A stretch of 63,417 nucleotides of DNA, the filler included, from Choristocarpus tenellus KU-1152 (taxonomy: Eukaryota; Protista; Phaeophyceae): NCBI GenBank assembly GCA_964200185.2. It is 13 parts of 13 records of this genome, joined end to end, with 100 filler letters (N's around TTAATTAATTAA, not from the genome) between each part and the next. Parts side by side here need not be neighbours in the genome. Positions count along the whole stretch, not along the records: positions 43,032 to 47,811 come from CAXNAD020013090.1; positions 47,912 to 52,308 come from CAXNAD020014735.1; positions 52,409 to 55,484 come from CAXNAD020022499.1; positions 55,585 to 60,529 come from CAXNAD020012426.1; 9 more parts are not named here. One strand, given 5' to 3'. The notes beneath the pieces were generated by a model. It made no database searches and was not told where the DNA came from. It saw nothing but the letters and a program-made list of their open reading frames with translations. The position numbers were made by a program, and so were the translations under genes. Positions 46,962-60,512 of this stretch are shown piece by piece (position 1 is the first letter of the stretch; every line of letters starts with the position of its first letter).

Positions 46962-49900
46962 AGAGAACTATCACTGATCTCTTGTGGAAGACTTCCCCAG
47001 TTTGGTGGGCTCTTGGGAGTAGTCACCGTCCCCGCGCTGCCCTTCAAACCAAGTTGAAGAAAAGTCGGAAGAGACCTCTCTGACCCTCGTGGTGTGTTGC
47101 CAATCGCAGAAGACCCTTGCCCCCTCAATGCCTGACCGAGCATCCAAAGGCGAGGTGTCATCCTCTGACGAAGATCAACCTCTACCTCTTCATCCTCAGT
47201 TCCTCTTCACCAACCCTCGAGCCTTCGCTTTACATCTCCATCGCTCTCAGTCACAGAAGGAAACAAGTAATTCCTATCTATGATGCATTTCTTGCTACCT
47301 TTGGTCGTATCATCATCTATAAATGACACCTCTTCTTGGTGTCGTATCTTGAACCAGACTAATGTGAAGAAATAATTTTGTAATTGATGACACATATTTG
47401 ATATATCCACACTGCAATACAACAATAAATAATACTTCAAAGCATCTAATTGATTTGTATGGTGAGATGACTGATTTGAACTACAGTAACCATTATAGTT
47501 ATTTATTATTATGCCCTCTGACATTTTGCAGATGTGTCAGAGGGAAACCAATTAAAACTATACATATGTCATTATTAGCCCTAAAGAAATAAAATATAAT
47601 AAATGCGAAAACACTATAAAACACTGTAAGTGTGAAAACCACCACTAATCTGTCAGTCACTTCACCACTATCAATATTGTACTACTGTCTTCCTGTGCTT
47701 CCTATCTACCTACTCCTGCGCCCCGGGGGGGGAGTTGGGGGTCTCAAAGTATCTGGGGGGGGGTGACGGGTGTCCCGTTGGGGCCCATTTTTTCCATGTC
47801 GCAATCTTGGGNNNNNNNNNNNNNNNNNNNNNNNNNNNNNNNNNNNNNNNNNNNNTTAATTAATTAANNNNNNNNNNNNNNNNNNNNNNNNNNNNNNNNN
47901 NNNNNNNNNNNCCCCCCTCAGATATTTTGACCCTATTACTATTTATTATTGATGCAAGCAATTAATTGAACACAGGAGGTCGATGTGAGGGTTGCTCTCT
48001 ATGGACAGACTGTGATGAACTTCCCGTTACCACACGACAAAGAAAGGAATGCAGCTACGAATACTCGAGAATGCACCTTGATCGATATCACTGCCACTGC
48101 CATGGATAGTAACACTGAAGGCCAAGCCTAGTGACCATAGGGAGAAGAAGTAGATGCGTTAAGCAGTAGTCCATCCCCTGTTTTTTCCCAACATATCTTG
48201 AAATATATCTCCTTCATAACATTTTCTTGAGCACTCACATATCACCTCAAGGTAGGTGAGTATGGAAGCTCATCAAGCATCAATATCCAATCATAAAGGA
48301 CAATTTTAATACAGTGCTTTAAAAGTTGCAACACAAACACACAGTATACCCTGGAGTAGTCGGAATGTCCAATGTGCATACTTCAATATTCTCGTAGACA
48401 GCTTGTTGTGTATCACCCTTACTTCACTCACCTGTTCCGCCCCTATTGACATGACAGGAATGTTCAAGATTGATTCCTTCATTGGAGGAGGGCCACTGGA
48501 GACAGCCTACAAGAGCGAAGAAATTATTTACCTACTCGGACAATGAGAGTCCAGCAAAGAAGATGGTTACTAAAAAAAACTACTCCAAAAGAGAACACAT
48601 ACATATTTTCAACCTCTTTTTTCGTACCGATTCACTAACAAAAACAAACGCGAGTGTGAGGAAGCTCCTTTTTTTTATTATCACAAGCACGAAATATGGG
48701 ACACGATTATTAACAACTCAATATATATCAAAATTCTCAACAACACCCTTGACACAAATGAAGGTGGGCTATTTCGATTATGCCACGAAATACTCCAATA
48801 TCATTATTGTTCCTATTACAGATATGGTGCAATGAACCATAAAACATCTAAGATATGATGCATATATATAAATAAAATGCTCCATCAAAATATAGAAATA
48901 AAACTTCTCAAACATGTGGATATCAAAACCTGGAATTGATTATCTATAAATATCTCGCTAAGATAGGAATATGAACTTGAACCTTTCGGTTACATAGAGA
49001 ACTGTAATTCATAACGTATGCTGCACGGAAATGGGTAGGAAAATATCACCACTATTGTTTGTAGGATATTTGGGATTGATACTACAGTAGTAGCTCCTCC
49101 TCTTGCTTGCACCATTACTCTGTGGGAGGTCAAGGAAAGTTGTTCAATCTCTTCTGTAGAGCAAAGTTCAATCTCCCACCATGTGAAGACAGATACCCTA
49201 TAGCAGAAAATCGACCCACTATTGCCTCTTAGTTCACTTCATGTCCAAAATTACAGAAACGCCAGGTCTGAGGGGTTGGAACAGGACACCGCCAGATACC
49301 GACATGGTTGGAATAAGAGACTAATGTTCATTTCTTGCAACAACCGAAAGCGAGAGCTTCTTCTTCCTTAAAATATTATATCAAAAGGGGAACAATATCC
49401 ACTAGTGCCGTAGAGAGATGGATTAGCAACCCACTTTGAGTACAACAGTGGCACCCAAATCCTTGGACGAGGCAATAATCTCATGAGTGCACTTCTAAAC
49501 CCATGGCTAACATACTAGTGTACATTCTAGTTGCCATCCTGAGCAACAGGCGACACCAGGCGCTCCAGCTCCAGACTGCCAGCAGTCCCTGGTCTAGCTC
49601 TCGTCATCAGAGCACTCTCGATGCATCCACACCCATCAACCACACAGCTGACCCAATAGTAAACTCTAAGAAATCCAAAGAGATGGTAGGGGGGGGGACA
49701 GGGGAGACCGCTTCCTGCTCCATTCATTCAGGACAAGGTGTTGCCGCAACTTTTGGTCTACTCCCTTAAGAGAAGCCCAGCAGTTTGCGTCTATGGCCCA
49801 CCACCCTTCCACCAATAGCATCTCAACAGCAATGAATGAAGCAAGATGATCGCTCCTGCAGCCATCATACAGAGGCACGAGTTGTGTCATAGCTCAGCCA

Positions 49901-51032
49901 CTCTATTGAAGGTTCGGTTCAGTTTGTTCTGGCGAAGGCCTGTCTTTAGATGTTGCCTGTCTCCATGCAAAAAGGGCGCAAGGAACCAGGAGGGTCAAAA
50001 GGAATGAGACAGGGAGAAAATCACCGTTTTCAATCCGAATCAAGGAGGAAAATATACCTCTGAAAACAACAGGCCAATCTTCCTTTACTTAATCGCCTTA
50101 TCAGACACTCAAAAACGCGTCACATCCAATCACAATAAACCAAATCGCAGCGTGGTTCTACAGCAGTACCTCGTGAGAGGAAGAAAAAAGAGACTAATAT
50201 ATAAATATGAATATTTTGGCAAAAGGTATCATAAGAAAAGAGATGGAACACCATCTCCACAATAATTAAAACACCCCACTTTCCCAACTCAAGAAATCTC
50301 CTCAACATCTGGATCTATCCTCCACAAAAAGTACCACAAGAGAAACACAAAGACATCAGTGAAACAAACACACAATACATTTTTGACTCTTGGTTTTCCA
50401 ACCCTGCCAACATGAAAAACAAATGAGCCTGTCACTTGAACACATCCCCATTATATCCTAGACAAACCTTGCTCTTCCCACCAGTCCTTCTATCCTGAAT
50501 GCAGCAACACGGAGCATGCTCCAGCACTCAATATCAATCCACCACGACACAATTGCTCAAAAATCACCCCTTAGACTCTTCCCGTAATAATCTATGTCAC
50601 ATATTGAGGTACTTTGGTACCACTGCGGGGCATGACATTTGCTGGGCAAACAGGGGTGATGCCCCCATCTAGTACGGTGGCTAGCATCTCAGTCCCTTAA
50701 CTTATCAAGCCTTGAGATACCACTCTGCTACTGGGGCAGATAGCCATGCAAAAAGCGTTTAGTGATGTATCAATATCTCAGATGTTTCAATCCACACTCC
50801 AATAGAACAACAAACATATGCTTCAAGAACTTGGCCTATTCTTTTGTTTAAGCAATTTGAATATCTCAGATGTGTGATCTCCGCTTGCAAAAGATGAACT
50901 CCCATGCAACAAGGTCAGAACAACCTCCCCCCGCCCCCTGCTAGTATTGACGAAATTCTCCTGATCAGGGCATAAACATTTTCATAGCATTAAAATATAT
51001 GATATGTTAAGCCAAACTAGTTAGTCTTTAGT

Positions 51033-51113
51033 ACAAGAGTCGCTCAGTGGTAGGTCAATAAATAGAAGCTCTACGGGTCCTTGGTTCGACACCGGGCAGA
51101 CGCTCCTTTTTTT
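51033..51113 (+). pseudogene. tRNA-like relic (tRNA pseudogene or SINE head)
   Basis: A-box-like TCGCTCAGTGGTAGG, B-box GGTTCGACACC (51083-51093) in a T-arm CCTTGGTTCGACACCGGG, and a downstream T7 terminator. Acceptor and anticodon stems do not pair well. Confidence 0.5.
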
Positions 51114-51652
51114 CATGCACGAGTTTTCTTTTTTGCTTGTCGAAGTTATACATCCATCATACTAAATTCTTGAAAAGAAACAGCGTAGATCACGAGATCT
51201 TGAAACTCTTAAAAATCCCAAAGTTATTGGCACTACCTTTTGCAGGCACGCTCCAATCTTCTTTAGAGGAACTGAGACAACATCTATACAAAAATACATT
51301 TCAGTGCAACAATGAAAGTAGACCTACTCTGGGAACTCACAGATACTTCTGATGCCCTAATCGTGAAACCCCCCCCCTTTATTGCTCTCATTATGGCACT
51401 TTCTTCCCCAATCCCCCCCCCCCTCTTGAATCGTTAACTATACAATCACACATCTCTAGCTGTATGGAAAACTTAGCATTACATCTCTTCCTCTTACAAA
51501 AATATTACGAAGCTTCTTCTACTTCGGATTGTATTATCAATTATTGAAACCCCCCCGACAAATATCGGTCCCGTAGGATGCGCAAAGTGCAATGATTTCA
51601 TCTGTGCACGTTGGAGTCAAAGCAATCCCTTAAGTGTTCTGTTTCAATCACC

Positions 51653-51765
51653 TGGATTGTTGTCTCTGATACGCCTGAAGCATCTTGACATCTCTCTTGT
51701 GCTTTACACCCATCAACCCTCCAAAAGCAACCTCTCGGCTTCGACTATGGTGTGAAACCGCCACC
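51653..51765 (-). CDS. Probable internal exon of unknown gene
   Basis: CAG|GTG acceptor, open frame VAVSHHSRSREVAFGGLMGVKHKRDVKMLQAYQRQQS, AG|GTGATT donor. Confidence 0.35.
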
Positions 51766-51768
51766 TGG

Positions 51769-51799
<31 letters not shown>

Positions 51800-53171
51800 A
51801 CAACCCCAAAAAAAAGAAAAAAAAATTTGAAAAAACAAACAAAAAAAAGNNNNNNNNNNCCCGCAAAAGACAACACACGCATGAAAAGGGAAAAAATAGT
51901 TTGATAACTCGAATCAATCGATGGCAATAGTCTAGTCTTTCTGTTCCAAATACTATTTTATTTTGTTTCCCACAACAAAAAATATAAATATACTGTGTAT
52001 GTACTTACCGTTGACTATCTACAGAGCATGAACAACACACCTGCCAAGAGGAAACACTCCAACACAAAAAGAGCCCAAACCACTAAAAAAAATGCAAACC
52101 CAACAGTGAGTAGGAACATACCTCAACCAGGTACAGCAGTACACACACACAAACACCTACAGTGTTTTGGTACCCCCAAACTAAGGCATAAAAGTTCAGT
52201 GCCTGAACCTTGCAGCTAGAAGACACACCTCTCAAGGGCCGGGGTCTCATTCTCTCCAGCCAACGCCTACTACCACACTTCCAAAGCACGTCTTTACCCG
52301 GGGGGTGGNNNNNNNNNNNNNNNNNNNNNNNNNNNNNNNNNNNNNNNNNNNNTTAATTAATTAANNNNNNNNNNNNNNNNNNNNNNNNNNNNNNNNNNNN
52401 NNNNNNNNCCCCCTCACCTCATGCTCTGTCTGGACAACACCCTCGTCTTCTGTACCCCCCCAAATTGTGCCTTGTGCTCTAATTTGCTTCAGGCATTTGT
52501 TGAGGTTGGCCTGTGGAATGTAGGGAGGAGTAGTTATCCCAGTGGCTTGTGCGATGTTTCTCCTTCACTGGTTCTCCTCCAAAAAGGAACTTCAGGGCTT
52601 GAGGGAGGTGCATCAAATGTGCATACAATAAGTGTGTGTGAGAGAGAGAGAGAGCTTTCACCATCGTTATCCCTAACCCTAACCTTTTTTTGAAAACTCG
52701 TACAAGAAGTTGAGAACGAATATTCTTCACAGCATAAAAACATTCCATGACCTTCCACAGCTCGGTACTTGATGGTGATGCAGATCCACAGAATCACAGG
52801 TACGGGGGAACCCACTCCTGTACACCTCGTACAACACCTTGGTCAGTGTTTGGATCGTCCAATAACGTTTGGCCTATAATTGTGCCCGAAATGTTTGTTG
52901 TTTAGGAAAATACTAGTACCAGGATTGACTTATCTCTGTAAACTCTAATACTCGGAAAACATCGGAGCCCATTCGCTGTGTAACATCCATTCATTGTTCA
53001 GAAAACACTGAATCCCGTTTGCCAGAAAACAATTGCCGTGTAGGACGAATTTTGGGGTCATGCGCTTTGTAGGATCTGTTGTCAGGACCGTGCTTGGTGT
53101 CATTTGCTCGGCGCCATGATTTTAAGTCAAATCTGCGTGAATTTAGAACATGGAATACATTATCGTGTAGA

Positions 53172-53292
53172 ATGGATACCCTCCCTTGGGGCAGACTTGC
53201 CGCGCTCCTTGCCATCTCTTGCCACTCTCTCTTGCTGGTTGCTGCTTGCTTGCCCTTGGTTGGAGGTTTCTATGGTGTTGGTCGTATTAACT
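53172..53292 (+). CDS. Candidate first exon encoding a signal peptide
   Basis: ATG...MDTLPWGRLAALLAISCHSLLLVAACLPLVGGFYGVGRIN followed by strong donor GTGAGT. The downstream exon was not resolved. Confidence 0.35.
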
Positions 53293-53403
53293 GTGAGTTC
53301 AAGATGAGGATACCATACACTTCCTATTAGATCTACTTTCCAGTACGAAGGGGATCAGTTTGTGCAGATGTCTCCTTAGGTTTTACATTGATTGTTTTAG
53401 TTT

Positions 53404-53584
53404 GGGCTCTGAAGTATCTGGAAGAGGGTGGCGGAAGTCCATTAGGGGCCAATTTTTTCCATGTCGCGATTTTTGGGCAATTTGGTTGCATAAATCGGAT
53501 GGATAATGCAAGTGCACTTTTCTTGGTTATGGTCAAATGGACACCCTGGTGTAGACCCCCTCCCCCCCCCAGATACTTTGGGTC
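53404..53584. mobile_element. MITE type A, full copy (opposite orientation)
   Basis: Same TIR core (AAGTATCTGG...CCAGATACTTTGGGTC) and internal sequence as 17131-17310; TTT on both flanks. Confidence 0.8.
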
Positions 53585-55768
53585 TTTGATGTCAGAGTGA
53601 GGTCTTTGAAGTCTATGATATTTAGTAGTATATAATACGAGTTATTTGCTTTTTCACTCATCCCATCCAGAGTGTCAGGATACTTAAGTCTATGATATGA
53701 GGACAGCATCGATTCCTTTTGCTCACAGCTAATAATTAATGGCCCACGACCAACGTCATAGAAGTTCCTTTGATCATGGTGAGACGACAGGGGGGAAGAG
53801 GAGGAACAAGGCAAGCGCTGAGAGAGAGCCGGACAGGATAGCAAGGATTGTACCAGCATTAAGCAAGACCTGCTCTACCAAAAATGTGTGTTGCATCGAA
53901 AACGGATGGACACAAGCATGGAGCTTTGGGTTTGTCACTTATCTGTTGGGAAGCGTGGATTTGGTATACGCCCAGTGTGCTATATGTATGTACATATATA
54001 AATATAAATGTATCCTACTAATGATTGAGAGCATTTTTTACACAGGTCTTTCGGATGCAGAGTGACTCATTGAAGCCCAGGGTGAGATCCCATTAATTTA
54101 GTTCTTTGTATCATTCAGTTCAGTGAGAGGGAACAAAAGTGGAAATTTCCAATGCATGGTGTAGTTTGTCGCTGGGAGGGCGCTTAATGAAATCAGGGCG
54201 ATATGAGACTTATATGTACGTGTGCATGCGCTGCTAGAATTAAAAGGCATTTACCTACATCACGCAGTGACGATGATGATACCCGTTGTTTTATGTTTTG
54301 TCATAGCTCTTTATGTTGTATGTGAACGTGTGTTGTGTTGTGTATCACCTCTACAATTACTATAAATAGTTTTACCAATGCTACAACTGCTACCACTTCC
54401 ACCACTACATACACTATACTCACATAACGATTGTTACCTGCCCATCCTCACTTTCTTCCTCTCCCCTTCTACTAGTGTTGTTGCTGTGGTTGTTAACAGC
54501 ATCACTCCTAAATTATTCATCGCCAATGATCTTCGCTTCAATATTTTTTGTAGCAGTGGTTTTTATTTGAATAACAACGACTGATGATGATGAGTATTGT
54601 GTATAGAGCCAAGCTAATTGCGAGATGGGCAGGTTTGGACCCTTTGACATTCGAACCTATCTCTCTTACCCTCTGTGATTCACTCTATTTCATCGCTTTA
54701 CGTGCACAATAGTGTGCGCAAAATTGATACTCCCCCTTCCCACACATAAAGTGACAACACAATTCAGCAAAGTTCTTCCTGCAATTGTACAAGGCATATT
54801 CTTACCTTTTCTTGGGATTCTTATAATGTAACCGTGCCTACATCTGAGTTGGTTGACTCTACTCCAGCGAAAATATCACCAGTAAAACTAAATCCGGTTG
54901 CTGTTGTTATTGCAAGAAACTATTGAGAACAAGAAGGAGAACGGCAAGCGAGGAAGAAAAAATGAACTAGTAATGGCAGCAGCATCAGTAACAGCATCAG
55001 TGGTAATAGTAGTAGTAGTCAGGGAACATTATTTTATCACACATCAGAAAACAACATTTAAATACTTCCCCAAACTTATGATTGGTTGGAAAGAAGATGG
55101 TATTTATGCACCAACACAAACGTATCTGCACACTAACAAACATCGTCACATCGTCCCAGAGTGGGATGGGTACACCAGCACAACATAGTCTCCTCCATTG
55201 GTCTTAGAGGTGGAACAGAGTGAGCACAAAAGCACAACATGGTGCCGGAATGGGATTCATTTAGACAAGGTCCCCAACAAGGACAAACTGCGTCAAGAAT
55301 CAGAAAATCATCATTTTGTTCTCTCCGATAGAACTGAGTGGTAAAACAAAAACGATTCTAGGAGGTTTTACACTGGATTCAATGAGTCACCCTTTGCTCA
55401 AACGATGGTGTGTTTTATGTTATCTGTACAATGTTGATTAGGGTCAAAGTATCTTGGGGGGGGGTGTCGGCGTCCGTTTTTCACNNNNNNNNNNNNNNNN
55501 NNNNNNNNNNNNNNNNNNNNNNNNNNNNTTAATTAATTAANNNNNNNNNNNNNNNNNNNNNNNNNNNNNNNNNNNNNNNNNNNNCCCATTCCGCATCCCC
55601 ACTTGGGGTTAGGGCTTAATTGTTTCTAATTTAAAACTCGACCAAGTTATTCCACGCACTTACCCCCCCCCCCCCACTCACCCCCACCTCTCCTGTGGTG
55701 CTCCTGCTGATATTGTGGAATGGTCACGGTTGTGTCTGTAAATATTGTTCATATTCACCTGTCTGCAG

Positions 55769-56563
55769 CTGGTTGCAAGAGGTCCTCTAGGATCTCAGGC
55801 TTTGGTGCCAGCTAATGATACGGGCTCGGGACAGGCTCATTCCCCTGCTCCTGCTCCTGTTACCAATAATAAACAGCAGAAAAACGCCTTAGAGAATGTG
55901 ATATCCAGGGACAGCAACACCACTGCATCGCCTAAGAACAGTAAGAAACCTCCCGTTCCCATCCAAGCACTGCCACAACCGCCCCGTAGTCCTCACACTG
56001 TGGCACCTACCAAGAGCAAGAAGCCAGCGGTGCAACCGTCAACATCTCCAAAGAAGGCAGCCAAGGTGGCTATCGGCAGTGCTGTTTCTGCTTCTGCTGC
56101 TGTTGCCACCAATTCAAAGCCAAAGGTAATACCTTCAGTGGCGGAAGGTCAAGCCCCTGCGAAGGTAACAAAGGCAGGGGGAAATGCACCCAGTCGTCCT
56201 GGTGAGAAAGATAAGAGATCATCAGTGGCAGAAGCATTGAAGGCAGAAGAAAGAGAGGGAGAGGAGAGCGACAGCAACAGCAACAGCAACAGCGAAACTA
56301 CCAGCAGTGGTGAGGAGGAAGAGAATGACAGTGAGAGTGACAGCGAGGGGGAGGAAGGGGATCAGGAGGAAGAAGATGAAGGAGGCGGTAAAGGCAAAGG
56401 CAAAGTTGGTGGGTCTTTGGGAAAGAAAGGGGTTATTGTTAATGGGGGACAGAGCAGCAGCGACAGCAGCAGTGACAGCAGTGGGAGTGAAAGTGAAAGT
56501 GGAAGTGGAACTGATGATTCCAGTGATAGTAGTGATGGTAGTGAAAGTGAAGACAGCGGATGA
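55769..56563 (+). CDS. Probable terminal exon of a low-complexity protein: K/P/A-rich then S/E/D-rich (Nopp140-like composition)
   Basis: CTGCAG acceptor at 55763-55768, then about 265 open codons with biased composition (KKPAVQPSTSPKKAAK; SSSDSSSDSSGSESESGSG) ending in TGA. No diagnostic domain. Confidence 0.6.
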   Translation: MVARGPLGSQALVPANDTGSGQAHSPAPAPVTNNKQQKNALENVISRDSNTTASPKNSKKPPVPIQALPQPPRSPHTVAPTKSKKPAVQPSTSPKKAAKVAIGSAVSASAAVATNSKPKVIPSVAEGQAPAKVTKAGGNAPSRPGEKDKRSSVAEALKAEEREGEESDSNSNSNSETTSSGEEEENDSESDSEGEEGDQEEEDEGGGKGKGKVGGSLGKKGVIVNGGQSSSDSSSDSSGSESESGSGTDDSSDSSDGSESEDSG

Positions 56564-59127
56564 GTGTGAATAGAACCTCCTTTCCTCCTTGCCTGTGTTT
56601 TGACAAAAAAATAAAGGGTCCAAGTGATAGGTTGTGTGAAAGTGTTTCCGTTGATCTTGTTCTTTGCTGACAACAGCATTGTGAGCCATCTGTCATACTG
56701 AACAGAGGGGGAAGAGGTCAGGTACATGTACCAGGTATGTACTGTACATTGTTGGGTGGGTGTTAGGGAGGGGAGATGGCAAGACATGTGGCATGCAAGA
56801 GATGAGGCATTGAATCGTTCTTTTGTAATCACTATGCTCTGTTTTCAATGACCGCACCATGCGAGGACGACTATCATGTTGTCATCTTCCATCGAGGCAG
56901 TTTACAAGCAACAATCCACCTGGACAATGTAAGACATACCTTTGGCTCATAAGAGCCGTCTGGTCTCGAGGTTAGTTTTGTGATGTTATTTGAGAGATCA
57001 TTTTGTGGCGCAATGCACTTTTCCTTGATAAGGAGAAAGTAGTGAGAGTTGGCCTAGGCAATATATTTATTGTGTTCCTCGACCTGAGTAGCCCTGAAGC
57101 AATCTTTTGTGTTTAGGGAGGCGTGTCTGTCGCCTCTCGCTTACATGGCAACAGAAACTGCAGGTGACTTTTACTATCTTACTGTGGTAGTGGGTTAGGG
57201 TTAGGGTTAGGTTCCAGTCCAGACATTTAATGCATTAGTGTAGGTGGTTGTTGGTGGTGTAAGGCTCCGTAATCGCAGTCTGTTGTGGTTGTTGAAATCT
57301 AAACGGAAATGCTATAGTATATTTTGTGTCTGAAGATCTGCGTTATAGTAAACTCTTTGCCTGCATGAAACTCCACCAAGGGGTGATGACCCGGTTGTGG
57401 GTAGAAGATAATTGCGGCAGAGGTTGGGCCTCAGTAGCTGCAGCAGCAGAAGTAGTAGTCGAAGCACACCCATTTATTTTTTCCTGAGAGGGAGTCATAA
57501 AGTTTATGAGAACCATGCCTCTCCTCACATACCACTATCATGTCTATGAGCCCTGCTGTCCACGCATTGAATATGTGTACGGATTCCTACGATTTTCAAG
57601 TCCCAACACTCGAACAATTGCTTATGTTGTGGTGTGTTTGATGTGTCCAGCGGTGCTGTCACTTGTCAGAGCGTAGAGCTCTAGGACGTCACATAAACCG
57701 AACCTTTCAATGATTTTGTTTTGTTTTTAATAAGAAAGGTTTTGAGTAGGAGGTTGTTTACTACTTTCCTGGTCCAAAGTTCTTGATCCAGTATTTGGAT
57801 ATTTCCGATGTCCTATACTCGAGAAGAATGTTTTGCGCATTACCCACCCACTGCCATCTTGCAGGTCTATCATTTTCCGTCGATTCCAAAGACATGATGT
57901 ATGTATGCATTTCAAGTAATAGGATCTTTCGTGAAAAAACAAGAATGAATGCAGGTAATATGTAACTCATCCTATGAAATAGCAGGAAGGCATTTTCCAT
58001 TGTTTTGTCAAAGAGGGGCTAAAGTATGGGCTGTTCACTAAGGACAACAATTGTTCTCTTTATTCAATGTAACATAATTGCTGTTGACGAAAGGAGTAGG
58101 CCATTGAGAATTAGGGATCTCTGTTACTACCTTCCGGTACATGTGCTCCTAGTAGTCTGGAGGACGTCCTTGCTCTTTCGGAGGGGGTAAAATTCAGTGG
58201 ACGAATATTGGTCTCTTCATCTATAGATCTAGCCTCCTGATATTGGTCAACTGCATCTCAGACATTGGAATGGGGGTGTTCCAGAAAAGAGGGTAAATTG
58301 ACCCCCCTCTGGAATACCAAGGGTTTTCGAAGTCTGTTGGATTGCACAGATATATACATAGGAATCCGCTGTTGTGAAGTCGACCAATAGACCTTTCTAC
58401 CCAAAACCGAAATCAAATATCAGGTAAGTAGTACGTCGGTTATCACAGACCCAGGAGTCTCGCAGTTCTTGCAGGATCTAAACGAAATCTTTTTTCTTGC
58501 CCTCAGTCATTGTCCCATGGACCAGCTTGCCTCCCAGTTCAAACGGAAGATTCGGTGTCTCCTCCTCCGTAAATGGGATGATCAGTTGTCAGAAAATTCT
58601 TCCCAACATCCCCGGCTCAGATTGCAGTCCCCTTGAGAGACCCCCTAGCAACCTTCTTCTAAGCTACCTGTGCCCTAGAGCGACCTTCCCCATTCGTCCT
58701 GAACACTAGGTCTATCTTCTTGTCTTGGAGAGGTGTGTGTCCACTCAGGGGTTAGCAACCATAAAGGTTGTTCCTGTCGAAATGCAACCATACTGCAAGA
58801 ATGGTGACAATACAATAGAAGAATGGTCTTCTCCTTAGCATGCGATACGAACTTCAAAACAAGCTACACCAAGAAATTTTTCTATAACTTTCAACACCCA
58901 ACCTAATCTATACACGGAGACTGGTTGGTTGACGCGATCCAAATCTATCTTGTCATTTTTATTTTGTCCCTCTTCAAAAATATTTTTTAATTCTCCTACT
59001 TGTTTCCAAAATGTCAATGGGCATACAAGAAATTACGGTTTGCTTTGCTCACGATTTCTGGATGATTTATTATTATGTATTCGATTTTTGCATTCCAACC
59101 ATTCCCCTCCTCCCCATTGTACCACCA

Positions 59128-59290
59128 CTTCTGACCAACCATTGTGACCCCTTTGCCACTGATTTCCAGTCACCCCCCCCCCCATCCGATGACCAACCAA
59201 TGCGAACCCCTTTCACCACTGATTTCCGACCATCGCCCACCTCTGATGACCAACAAATGTGAACTCCTTTCACCTCTGATTTCTAGCCCC
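59128..59290. repeat. Tandem repeat, about 3 x 57 bp
   Basis: TGACCAAC.A.TG.GA..CCTTT..C..CTGATTTC repeated three times. Confidence 0.8.
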
Positions 59291-60345
59291 ATTCAACACC
59301 ACTCAACCCCCCAACACTTTCCCCCACTTTCCACTCCCCCACACCACTCAACACCACTCTACAATCATTCAAGAACACCCCTTCATCATCCACTCGATAC
59401 TGTGCCTTTGAACTAGAAGACATCTACCCCGCCCGAACGTGACCAGCCCCCCTCTTATCCAGCATCCCAATCGGTTGTGAGCAAGCGAAAGGGTGGGTGG
59501 GTGGAAGAGATTGCTCAGAGGTTGTCTTGTTCTAGTCCTCCTCGTCCTATACCACCAGCCTTAGGTTTTCCTTACGTTCAGACCATTCCATCTTACCACG
59601 TGCTTCCACCCACCACCCATTTCCTTAACTTCTCATCTACCTCTTCTGCCTCTTAGCCACTCAGTACTTGACGCTTCATTCAACCCTTGACTAATAATTA
59701 TTTTTCCTTCCTCACCCCTCTCTATTCTGTATATTATTCCTACCTGAATTCTCCCGCCCGCAAAACTCAGATTACTTCATAAACTTTCTCATTGTTAGCA
59801 GAACATAAATATACAAACATACACAGAAGTACGTATTTATTAGGGGACAGACAGCCATCAAACCGTTGTATTGTATATATTTATAGGATACTATAGATCA
59901 AAGATGTCGCAGGAACAATGAATCTGACCAGATCCCCCATTGAGGAGCACCAAGGGCTATTGTCGGTGAACGGAGAGAAGCAGGAACAACAGGTAGTCGT
60001 GAGGGGTGTAGATAACAATATTGTACGGACAAGTAATACATACTAACTCGAAAGCCCACATATTCCCTGCAGCAGTTGCATGTTTTCAAGAAGAGTAGAC
60101 ACACCTGCAGTGAATCCCACGGAGCCCTCCACTCACAATAATACCATGCGAGCAAGATATTAAGGTTTCCAGTGAATGCCGTCCTGACACGAAATAACGA
60201 AAGGTTTCGAGGAGTGAAGATACTACGTCGATGCTGCAAAAGTGGAACCACGGATGTGCGTTTGTGTGTGCACAAACAGTGTCATATCCACAAGGCATAA
60301 ATCTACGCCAGACAATTTAACGTATTCTTGCCATCATCATCTAAA

Positions 60346-60512
60346 GGCTTAAAGTATCTGTGAGGGGGTGGCGACTGTCCATTTGGGGTCATTTTTTTCA
60401 TTTCGCAATTTTTGGGTGATTTGGTTGCATACGTCGGATGGTTACTGTAAATGCACTTTTCCTGATTTTGACCCAAATGGACACCCTTGTGTAGAACCCC
60501 CCCCCCCCCCCC
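60346..60512. mobile_element. MITE type A, right end lost near gap
   Basis: GGCTTAAAGTATCTG start with type A internal sequence. Other gap-truncated copies at 22058-22077, 30330-30385, 47741-47811, 47912-47933 and 55441-55484. Confidence 0.75.

Noticed and set aside
57540-59050. Decayed coding-like region (contains GQNKN)
   Set aside because: Multiple stops and no second motif to support a transposase or RT assignment.
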